A stretch of DNA of 64,000 nucleotides from NCBI RefSeq assembly GCF_964355755.1, contig NC_092673.1, forward strand, positions 31,245,648-31,309,647, read 5' to 3'. This stretch comes from Antedon mediterranea (lineage: Eukaryota > Animalia > Echinodermata). The stretch's first letter is position 1, and each line of letters begins with the position of its first letter. This document shows, piece after piece, positions 17,601-27,050 of this stretch. Under the pieces are notes generated by a model. The model made no database searches. It was given only the letters and a program-made list of their open reading frames with translations, and was not told where the DNA came from. The translations under genes and the position numbers were made by a program.

Positions 17601-20600
17601 ATAAAGCCAATCGGTATCATATTTGTACAGAAACGTTTTCGCGGCCGAAGGGTGTAACCTAAATTCGTTGTATTATCGTCAAGAACTAACTGTAACTAAA
17701 CTTACATAGAAAGTAGGGTATCATAAATTTGGCCTTAGCACTCGGGGGAGTGGCTAAGATGAAGTCCGTGGGACTACTAAATATAAATTGTAATGAACCT
17801 CGAGGGACATAAATAGGAATATTTCATGTTTCATTATCAATGTATAATAAATGGAAACTGTTTACCGATTCAAATAATAGAAATTGGTTTTTAACATTTT
17901 CCGAACCTATTGCAAGTTTATTCTCAAAGGGCCCATATATTTACCTACCGTATGTGTTAAACCAAGGGCTCATAAATTTACCTACAGTACTTGTGTTAAA
18001 CCAAACTCTGGCAGACTGAGAGATTGGGATGTTCCATTCATCGCAAATCAATACATTTGTATAATCGTATATTAAATCTATCAAAATAGTATTTTTTAAA
18101 GAAAATCGGCCTGTCTTCAACATTATGATGGTGTACTCTAGCAATCTATCAAAATAGTATTTTTTAAAGAAAATCGGCCTGTCTTCAACATTATGATGGT
18201 GTACTCTAGCTGTTCAACCGGTTTTCAGCTATTAAAAACAATTATCGTAGGAGGAGATAGGAAAATGCGAAGCCTCCTCGCTATGTAACATTAGGGTTGA
18301 GGGATGGGAAAGCGGATAGGTACAAAGAGGAACAATTTTTTAATATATTCTTTATCCACTGAGTAACGAAACATTTTGTTCATGTTTTATAGGCCTATAA
18401 ATAATATACCTCTAAATACAGTAGGCCTAAAACATTTGCGATTTAATACTTTGTTAAAACTGTCACTGTCATAATCAATTGAAATATTAAAGTACATGTC
18501 ACGATACACCACTACGACGTTTATATTTTTGGTAATTATTAATTAATACAAACGTTGAGAAGGAACTGTCAGTATAAAGTTTATTTGTATATCTAACAGT
18601 AGAGCCTATCCACAGTCTCAGTAATAAAGTTTATTTGTATATATTTTTATATTACATCTAACAGTACGAACATTCACAGTAAGAAATGTTCGATTCAAAT
18701 GAAAAATAGTTAATAGGTATTTACAGTATTGTCAAAGTATTGCAAGTTTATTCTCAAAGGGCCCATATATTTACCTACCGTATGTGTTCAAGGGCTCATA
18801 AATTTACCTACAGTACTTGTGTTAAACCAAACTCTGGCAGACTGAGAGATTGGGATGTTCCATTCATCGCAAATCAATACATTTGTATAATCGTATATTA
18901 AATCTATCAAAATAGTATTTTTTAAAGAAAATCGGCCTGTCTTCAACATTATGATGGTGTACTCTAGCTGTTCAACCGGTTTTCAGCTATTAAAAACAAT
19001 TATCGTAGGAGGAGATAGAAAAATGCGAAGCCTCCTCGCATTTTTTTGGCGGGTATTTTTCAAGACGGACATCCATTAGACAGTGTATACCACGATCGGA
19101 AAACACCCCTATTTGGGGCAAATCGTTTAACCTAAATTCGTTTTAATCGTCAATAACTAATTATTTAACTCAATTTAATTAGTAAACAGGGTTACATCAG
19201 GCGGTTAAAATCAGTACCGAAAGTACGAACCAACTTTACATACCATCGAGTGAAAATTCTAGAAGTAAGGCGCGATTTACCGAATTTTGCCCTTACGTAA
19301 ATTTATATATAGATAATGATGGTGTACTATTACTAAATTAGTCCTATGTCCTTTATGAATTAGTTTTAGGTTTTTTAATACAGTCTATGGAAGGCTGGTT
19401 AAGTCAAATTAAATATCATGATGGTGTTGGTGGAATATTCGTAAAATTAGTTTTTAATTTAAAGTCTACAGTATGGAAGGCTGACTAAGACAAATGCCAT
19501 AATGACAGTGTACTATCCTGAATCAGTCATTTACATTATTGGTTAGGTTTTCTGAATCTAAATATCTACTTTTTCTATGAGCCTATATAATAAGTCAAAT
19601 TAAATATCATAATGATGAAATCATATCCTATGTATTTGTTTATTTTTTATTAAGTGATAGAAGGTTGGTCGAGGTAAATGTCATCCACTAGAAAGAACAA
19701 AGAACGAGAATTATCCACGGTACAGTAATAATTAATGTGTTTATTTCTGGTTTCCCAGAACACATAATCATTTTTTTAACTGTGTGTGGGGCTGAAATAA
19801 GGTGGGACACTGGAAAAGAGGTGGGATCAGAGATGGTCCCTAAATAGAAACATAATTAGGAATTTTCCTTACCTGTGTTGTGGGACATTGGAACTGAAAT
19901 GAGGTGTGGCCACACATGGTCCATAGTTAGAAACATAATTAGGAATTTTCTTTACCTGTGTTGTGGGACATTGGAACTGAAATGAGGTGTGGCCACACAT
20001 GGTCCCTAGTTAGAAACATAAACAGGAATTTTCTTTACCTGTGTTGTGGGACATTGGAACTGAAACGTGGCGCTACCACTTGCACACTGCAACATGTCAA
20101 AGAAAAATAAATACGGCTTGTCACTGCAAAAAAAAATGTTAAAATAGTTTTAATTCAAAGATTATCTAATAGATGCAGAAAAGAAATGGTAAATTCATTA
20201 CATTTAAGAAATTACATCAGAAACAATACGAAAAAAGTCATTGAGATTGTCCAAAACAAAACATGATTTTGGATTATTATTTTTAAGAAAAAACTTTCTT
20301 CTTCTTAAATTCCAAATATGAAGAAGGTAATACATCCTAACCACACAGCATCATACAAATTATAGGGCTCAATCAATGATTAGTATGTTACAATTATTAG
20401 TAATATAGTAAGTTCGAGTCTCATCATGAAATTGGAAAAAAAATTATTATTAGAACAATATTTTCTTTTTGCAAAGAGGTTTTAGGTTTTTGTTTCCGTG
20501 AATTTGCTAAGTTCTCATCTAAGTCTCATCATGAAAACTTAATTAGAAAAACAATTATTATTCTTAGGTTTTAGGTGTTTGTCTCTGTGCGTGGTGTTGA

Positions 20601-22476
20601 TCGTATTGTAAGTAAAATAACAAGAATTTTCATCACTTACCTAACATCCCCAGTGTATCCACATATTTGACCTTTGGAATCTGTGGGGTACACGAGTTTG
20701 CGTGGGTCACCATCACTCCATCCTACAGTGCAAAAAAGTTATTTATCATTCCATGAAAGAAATATCCACTAAAAAAAAAGCCTATTAAAGAATATTCATG
20801 ATATTGATTTTTTCCTCTGGAATTATATCTATACTCTCGAAAATGATTTATGTTGTTTTTTTTTCCTTTTTTATAAACCATACACATAACAAAATTTATT
20901 AAGTCTATTTTTTATGGTTCACCAAAAAGAAAAAAGCACAAACATATGTCTAGCTATTATATACTGTTTCAAATAATTGATGGTGTTGTTTTGTACACTT
21001 ATGCTATACAATGCTATCTTGGAGTTGTTATTATTATACAGTATACAGTACACTCGAAATCTTGTTAAATACTGATAATACTATTTACTTATCAAACACA
21101 GAACTCTACTAACTGTGTAAAGTATTTAGCAATGTTTCCTACTTTAAATACTACAATAAAACAAAATGTCCCATTAGTAGTGTGTTCTCTGAATTTAAAG
21201 GGTTGGTAATAATTCACATCACATCACTTACAACATATGTTATACAGTATGATGTGACATCATTTTTTCTTAATTTTATTGTCCAGTTTATTCTGTTTTT
21301 GTAATTTTATATTGTTATTATATATATTATATATTTATATTGTTTCAAGATGCACCAACTTCTGTGTATGTATGTATTTTATACCCCTCATTTGATTTAA
21401 AGGTAAGTTTCCCTTTAAAATGGATTTTAGTTAGTTAATGTGATGGAAAAGACAATATAGGCAATATCTTATCAATTCAAATCACAAAATAATTAAGAAA
21501 TGTTAATTACAAATAACAAGGGCAATACTTTGTGATTACTAATTTACTTATTTATTACTGGTATTAGTATTTTAGTTAGTTAATGTGATAGAAAAGACAA
21601 TAAAAGGTAGGCAATAGGCCAATAATGACAATAGGCACTTAATGTGTGACGTACTCACTGGCCTACTGTATACAAATGTTATAATCACCGTCACAATCAA
21701 TACAGTTCCTTGACACTGACTTGCTATCAAGGTTGATCTAATCACGTTCTTATTTAGTTCAGCAACATTCAGGCTCGTCAATTAAGATGTAGACGAAATA
21801 CTAATTTTTTATACTTACCAATATATCCAGTTATAAACATTCCAACAATAAACGCTACAAAAATAATACAACAGATAACATCTGTACAGCTCCTAAAAAC
21901 AATAAAATACAGAAAAAACATTGGTTAAAAATACGGAATAACTATGTTATGTTAATTCAATATTATAACGTTACATTCAATAATTGTACATACCTGTTCT
22001 GAATTGGTCCTTTAAAATTTGGATCATACTTTGTTGGTTTCCCTAAAATGAAAACAAAAATATGAAAGAATTAGTAGGGCCTACATTTATAAATAATTCT
22101 GTTGTAGGCCTACTTCTATTTCTATATAATTAATATCTCTTCCGATCATAAAAAACAAATATCAATATCTCATCATTATCATTAATGCTTCAAACTTATT
22201 ATTTAAATGCATGCATTGTCTAAGCCTGATAAAATAAAATAACAATAGGTAGTGCATAATAATTGTACACTTTCTAGGCCCAGTTTGTCAAAAACAAAGC
22301 AGATGGTCATTGGTTATCAGTGAAGAAATCAAACCACCGTCTTCCCATGGTTTGCCTTCTTTTGTTGGCCTAGCCTTTCCTACAAAAACCACCTGCACTT
22401 GTTGGTTCATTCATAATATATACTTACCAAATTTGCTGTTATTATTATCTTCATCATCAACTTTATTAGATCCCAT
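5661..22476 (-). CDS. SLC44A4: Choline transporter-like protein (SLC44A2/A4/A5 group; 20 exons, 729 aa)
   Basis: Exons 22428-22476, 21994-22042, 21819-21892, 20641-20722, 20039-20123, 14347-14499, 14022-14094, 12323-12461, 12131-12214, 11605-11717, 11271-11393, 10015-10114, 9507-9599, 9269-9365, 8470-8711, 7620-7818, 7296-7369, 6581-6746, 6106-6190, 5661-5770 (2190 nt, open). Motifs [91 protein letters not shown]. Probably co-orthologous to vertebrate A2/A4/A5, so the symbol is approximate. Confidence 0.95.
6370..6552. mobile_element. MITE family A copy
   Basis: TIR agctctgtctacactatcaaac ... gtttgatagtatagacagagct; internal 20-bp repeats caaatatggtagtgatatgc. Confidence 0.8.
6795..7210. repeat. 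~18-bp minisatellite (gactagttttgacaagtt)n
   Basis: Tandem array filling most of SLC44 intron 17. Confidence 0.95.
7929..8070. mobile_element. MITE family A copy
   Basis: aagttctgtctacactatcaaact ... agtttggtagtttaaacagagttt imperfect TIRs. Confidence 0.75.
9366..9506 (-). other. U12-type (minor spliceosome) GT-AG intron in the SLC44 gene
   Basis: 5' splice site GTATCCTTT, branch site TCCTTGAC about 10 nt before the AG, no strong polypyrimidine tract; flanking exons join in frame (AIAL-YLAS). Confidence 0.9.
10211..10535. mobile_element. Kolobok-type MITE, degenerate copy
   Basis: Homologous to 10795-11135. Confidence 0.65.
10795..11135. mobile_element. Kolobok-type MITE with TTAA target duplication
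   Basis: ttaa|agatgtatgtccccc ... ggggacaatacatct|ttaa; further copies at about 10211, 14530, 16100 and 22915. Confidence 0.8.
11805..12122 (+). mobile_element. tRNA-derived SINE
   Basis: A-box-like tgaccgaatgg, B-box-like gtttcgaggccc, SINE-body motif taaaccgtaggtcc..gtgcaccttaaacaacc, A-rich 3' end. Confidence 0.7.
12750..13996. repeat. ~120-bp AT-rich satellite with variable (TAA)n and shorter subunits
   Basis: Repeated aaagtaaaagagccagaaagaagtttatgatgtttatgttaaatctaaaagcaatttactgaaaaaatgctgtggttatcagtggaga in SLC44 intron 7. Confidence 0.95.
14530..14940. mobile_element. Kolobok-type MITE, degenerate copy
   Basis: Homologous to 10795-11135; ends ggggacaataatcattaa. Confidence 0.6.
16757..19313 (-). 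mobile_element. Non-autonomous Helitron in SLC44 intron 5
   Basis: Minus strand begins A|TCTATATATA (19313) and ends with a GC-rich hairpin then CTAG|T (16757). No TSD; the joined flanks rebuild the neighbouring repeat unit aatgtt[a/g]taatgatggtgtactattact. Internal duplication 17908-18283 / 18738-19039. Confidence 0.85.
19845..20065. repeat. 83-bp tandem repeat duplicating the 3' end and donor site of SLC44 exon 5
   Basis: ttacctgtgttgtgggacattggaactgaaa occurs three times, with donors at 20038, 19955 and 19872. Confidence 0.9.
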
Positions 22477-22914
22477 ACTTGATTATCGTTAACTTTAAAT
22501 GCAATACTACCTTTTAAGAGTAAATATCTAGGCTTATTAATATTTTCAGCAAGCTAAATGAAACGCATTTTCAATAGGCCTAGAGTGGTATCGTCCATTT
22601 ACTCTACTGTTTGTTGATACGTTGTTAAGTTTATAAACTTAGAATAATATAGAGGGCGCTAAATCAAAATGATAGGTACTCTAATTTTACATCGCGTAAA
22701 TAAAAATAGGAAATTTAAATTTGATCAAACTAGATTTAAATGGCATGTCGCAACATTAACTTTTTTTTTAAAGGTTTGTTAAATTAGGCCTAACGGAATC
22801 AAAATCAAATCTACTTATAAAACAAGACCCTGTGTATATTTGGTACCTCTGGGTCTAATTTACGTACCCCGCCTATTTCTCGTCTTCAATTTGCTTAAAA
22901 GGTACGTATATACG

Positions 22915-23167
22915 GTATTGTCCCCCTGAAAAAATAATGTGTTTAAAATGTTTTGTTGAATATGCCATGTTATGTCACATATTAGGTATCCACTTTAATC
23001 AAAAATTGGATCGAATTTGGTTGAATTTATTTATTTTGCCATTTAAATTAAAAGAGAAAACATTATTTTGTTGTTTTATCGAAGTGATTAACTTTATTGT
23101 GAAATGGCCTATTCAAAGTTTTAATTAATCTTCATTTTCATGTTATTGGGGGACAATACATCATTAA
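22915..23167. mobile_element. Kolobok-type MITE, inverted copy upstream of SLC44
   Basis: gtattgtccccctgaaaaaataa ... ggggacaatacatcattaa; reverse complement of the family at 10795. Confidence 0.7.
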
Positions 23168-23524
23168 AAGGATTTTGAGGCATCAGAGTAGAATAAAATA
23201 AAAAGCCCGTTTGGTGGCGTCCGTTGCGGTCTTTAATCACGGGCGGACCTACTTCATTATTTGGAGTTGCTGCATTAATTTGATGAATAGATTTAAAATA
23301 ATCTAGTAACGATACTGACTCGAAATTATGTCCATGTAAAATGTTTTATGATATAGAACAGTAGGCCTAATCTCTGGTTTTCAGAGATATGTAGCCTTAA
23401 TAAGCAAGGCTATGTTGCCTTGATAAAATTAATTAAATTTCCTCCCCATCATTTCACCCAACCATCAGCACAGAACTTGTGTAAAGCAAGGGTAGGTGTA
23501 GTAGAAAAATATCGTTTGGAAAGA

Positions 23525-24118
23525 GTATAAAGTAACTTTTATTATGAGTACTACATTAAATCTGGAAAACGTATTTCACAACGCTAAACAAAAATGTATC
23601 TTGTCGTTCGCTTCCTCTTGTACCACCGTCCACCGCACTGTCGCTCAGTCGTAGATGAACAGGCTCAGACCCCATAAGCCACAACAACCGTGAGGCAGAA
23701 TAATTCACGCCCCTTCGGTTTTGTAGTTCTGGGGGTCCTCAAGCCTTCTCACACACCCTCACTAGCACCCATGAACAGGGTGACTGCGGAATGCATACGG
23801 GTGGAGCCGACTCTCGGACCGAAAAAAAAAAGCGTGTTGTTTGCGAGTAGTTGTTACTCGGCAAATAAGGGGACGAAATCGCTCAAAAACGTTTCGTTTT
23901 ACCATGAAAGAGTATGTTACATACCTCCATGGTTTTTACCCTGAAGTCGATGTTACTTGAATGGCCCGTTGTTGGGATCGTAATAGGTTACCCTCATAGA
24001 GGGTCTGGCTGTACCTCTTGGTGTCAACATCGCTCCTGAAAAGCAGCTAAATGTCCAGAGGCGCGTGTGTTTCCACAGCCAGTTTAGTTGACTACTAAAC
24101 GAAGTGAGGCAATTAAAT
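23525..24118 (-). ncRNA. Putative structured Pol II ncRNA, copy 1 of an unrecognised family
   Basis: TATAAAA at 24140-24146, Inr TCATT about 28 nt downstream, series of hairpins 23636-24082, AATAAA at 23538-23543; paralogous to 25095-25669 and 26555-27050; no conserved ORF. Confidence 0.65.
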
Positions 24119-24139
24119 GATTAAGTCTGAACCCTGTCC

Positions 24140-24263
24140 TTTTATATCTTTGGTAATCGGTAGTGCAACGTAGCGTTACTGATTGCACAACCATTTCACC
24201 ATTAAATGTCCCTGGATAGTGTGTAGTAGAATGTTCGCGAAAATGAGTCAACATTTCCCTTTC
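24140..24263 (-). promoter_or_regulatory. Stress-type promoter of ncRNA copy 1
   Basis: TATA 24140-24146; C/EBP-like ATTGCACAA 24182-24190; perfect HSE aGAAtgTTCgcGAAa 24228-24242; AP-1 TGAGTCA 24244-24250; ISRE-like GAAAggGAAA 24254-24263. Confidence 0.7.
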
Positions 24264-24321
24264 CGATTTAACAAAATAGGCCTAATCATAATTTGAATTC
24301 CGTACAGTTTTCTCGTCACTA

Positions 24322-24790
24322 TTAAGCTTGGTTCCCACTACGACGCAACGCAAGGACGTAGACGCAACGCAAACCAGTTGACCAATGACAAGGGACCGTC
24401 AAATAAATCCCTCGCTTGTGATTGGTCAAATCCCTTACGTTGCGTTAAGTGGTTGTGTTCGTAGACATCAAATAAACGTACCTATTGTGTGTGTTTAAGC
24501 TTTAGTTCCCACTCGGACGTAAGCGCAACGTAAAGCGTGGTTCCCACTAGAACGCAACGCAGCGACGTATTGACGCAAAGTGATTGCGTAATCACAAGTG
24601 GGAACCGACGACGCAACAGTGCTGCAAACATCGCGGGTTTGATTTCACGCAACACAATTATTAAGGGCATGTTATGTTACGTAGGTTGCGTTGCTAGTGG
24701 TAACAAAGCTTAAGTAACTTGACCAATCACAAGCGATGGATTATCCGAACTGTCGCTTGCCATAGGTCAATTCGGTTGCGTTGCGCTTTA
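24322..24790. mobile_element. Nested or adjacent palindromic MITEs (AAGCTT..TTCCCACT family)
   Basis: taagcttggttcccact.., inner taagctttagttcccact (24497) ... agtggtaacaaagctta (24712), cgcaacgca/tgcgttgcg repeats. Confidence 0.7.
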
Positions 24791-25094
24791 ACGATAGATA
24801 TAATTTTTATTTATTAAAAATATAGTTTGAATTGTTTTAAGTTTCTTTTTTGTGTACACAATCATGCAGGACTTGTATTGTAAACAGTCATTGTATTTAT
24901 TATGATTGAATGTATATGAACGATGGGATATTAATGGCAAACCTTGGTACGGCGGGGACATCCCTATAAACGGCGCCGTAATTACATCATTTGACAAACT
25001 AAGCACCACACCACCACTGCCATTTATTGATTTAACGATTATATCCTTTCCACCCTAAGTTGTGTAAGGAGTAGGCCTACTATTAATATGGAAA

Positions 25095-25669
25095 TCAATG
25101 TTATTCGTTTATTTGTATTCGTTTAGAAAACGTATTTTACAAAGCACGCTACGTACTATTTCCATTTTCTTATTCATTATGTTAGGTCGGGGGTACCGGA
25201 CTGTCGCTCAGTCGTAGATGAAGAGGCTCAGATCCCATAAGCTACAACAACCGTGAGGCAGAATAATTCACGCCCCTTCGGTTTTGTAGTTCTGGGGGTC
25301 CTCAAGCCTTTCACACCCTCGCTAGCACCCATGAAAAGGTGACTGCGCGTTGCGTTCGGGTGTAGCCGACTCTCGGACCGAAAGAAAATGCGTGTTGTTG
25401 CGAGTAGTTACTCGGCAAATGAAGGGGGACGAAATCGTTCAAAAACGTTTCGTTTTACCATGAAAAGTATTGTTACATACCTCCATGGTTTTTACCCTTG
25501 AGTCGATGTTATTTGAATGGCCCGTTGTTGGGATCGTAGGTTACCCTCATAGAGGGTCTGGCTGTACCTCTTGGTGTCAACATCGCTCCTGAAAAGCAGC
25601 TAAATGTCCACGAGGCGCGTGTGTTTCCACAGCCAGTTTGGTTGTTTTAACGAAGGGAAGCATTGAAAT
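25095..25669 (-). ncRNA. Putative structured Pol II ncRNA, copy 2
   Basis: Close tandem paralogue of copy 1; TATAAAA 25689-25695, Inr TCATT at about 25669, AATAAA 25108-25113; many differences fall in loops or preserve pairing. Confidence 0.65.
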
Positions 25670-25688
25670 GATAAGTTTAAGCCTTCCT

Positions 25689-25817
25689 TTTTATAGCTTC
25701 AGTATCGGAGTCATGCAACGTAGCATTAACGATTGCTAAACAATTTCATCATTAAATATCCCTGGATAGTTTTGTAGAATGTTCGCGAAAATGAGTCAAT
25801 GATTGACATTTCCTTTC
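25689..25817 (-). promoter_or_regulatory. Stress-type promoter of ncRNA copy 2
   Basis: TATA 25689-25695; HSE aGAAtgTTCgcGAAa 25776-25790; AP-1 TGAGTCA 25792-25798; GAAAgGAAA 25809-25817. Confidence 0.7.
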
Positions 25818-26437
25818 CGATTCAATAATATAATTTGGATAATTCAAATGTACACTTCCTATTACATAATAGGCTAGTTCGTAGGTACACTATTACCTAT
25901 ACATACTATAGCTAAAAAATAATCGTAAACTATTAAACAAATAATTAGAATTAGAATTCAATTTAATAATGTACATCATTCAGATACACACAATTAAGTG
26001 CAAATCGAAAAAATCGTATACTACATAGAGTAAAGTAATCAAGATTTGTGTGCTTTTTTGGCATAGGAAGCCTACTTCCGATTATTCACGGTCGCATAAA
26101 ACTATGTGTTAGGGGTAAAGTACAGCATATGTATAATTATATAGTTGCATGTGGGCCATATTTAAATCCACGGATATCCGTGATATAGCCTGCAATTACA
26201 TACATCACACGTGAGTGATCGACGTCCGAAGCCCCTTCCCTCCCGTCAGCACCAAACTCGAAGTTCGAGCACGTATTATATTCGCTAACATCAATATAGG
26301 CCTACTAGGACTATAATTGCAACATACCTTTACTAAAAATGTAGAATAGTATAGGCTAGTAAATTTAATACTAGGCCTAGGCCTATATAGAACTTCTAAA
26401 GTGCAGACGTAGCCTAGTTAGTAAAATGTTAATATGG

Positions 26438-26531
26438 ATTCTAGAACAATCTATTATCGTGTACTTAGCGATGTCACCTATGACGTAATCAGGAAGCATT
26501 ACGCAATAAGTCACGTTCGGAAACTATATAA
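26438..26531 (+). promoter_or_regulatory. Promoter of ncRNA copy 3
   Basis: HSE-like aTTCtaGAAcaATCt 26438-26452; CRE-like TGACGTAA 26481-26488; C/EBP ATTACGCAAT 26498-26507; TATATAA 26525-26531. Confidence 0.65.
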
Positions 26532-26554
26532 GCAGACAATCACAACGCTGTAGA

Positions 26555-27050
26555 TCAAACTGAAACTCATCGTTAAAACAAAGATTTCTACTGGCTGGTA
26601 ACATTCCAAGCCTCGCGGGCTTTGCTGCTTTCCAGGAGCGATGACACCAAGAGGTACAGCCAGACAACAACCCTCTACGAGGGTTATCTTTCATAGACGT
26701 AACCGTGGTTTCAAGTAACATCTTGAAGGGCGGAACGGAACGCTTTTGAGCGTTTCGGCCCCCGGCTGGCTGAGCAAGAAAGGGAGGAGAGACTCGAGAT
26801 TGCTAGCATAAACGGATCCAGGGTACTATTCGCATGGATCACCAACTTTTCCGGTCCCAGGGTCGCGTGTCACCCACTTCTCCGCGCAGTCACCCTTTAA
26901 GGGTGCTAGCGGGGGTGGCCGTGGCCCCAGGACCCCCAATATTACAATGCATGATGAGCGTATATTGTTCTGCTTCATCGGTACTGTAATTAATGGGGGT
27001 TTTAAAATCATCATTTCAAGAATTGAAAATCGCCGATCCGAACTGAAGAA
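26555..27050 (+). ncRNA. Putative structured Pol II ncRNA, divergent copy 3 (3' end interrupted by a transposon)
   Basis: Shares CTGGCTG, GCTGCTTTYCAGGAGCGATG, ACACCAAGAGGTACAGCCAGAC, CCCTCTAYGAGGGT, TTCAAGTAACATC, GCAGTCACCC..GGGTGCTAG and AGGACCCCCA..ATGGG with copies 1/2 in the same order; oriented divergently from copy 2. Confidence 0.65.

Noticed and set aside
22649-22661. CTCF-like ATAGAGGGCGC motif (also near 45682 and 49977)
   Set aside because: Only the core matches, and one instance lies inside a transposon; cannot be supported from sequence alone.
23690-23944. 84-aa ORF and similar ORFs at 26524-26721 and 26826-27014
   Set aside because: They are antisense to the promoter orientation, and indels between paralogues break the frame; shared peptides only reflect nucleotide conservation.
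23636-27000. Telomerase RNA, 7SK or self-cleaving ribozyme identity for the structured repeats
   Set aside because: GCTGCTTTTCAGGAGCG resembles the vertebrate telomerase pseudoknot strand, but there is no CTAACCCT template. Internal T-runs argue against Pol III, and I found no complete hammerhead, twister or HDV core.
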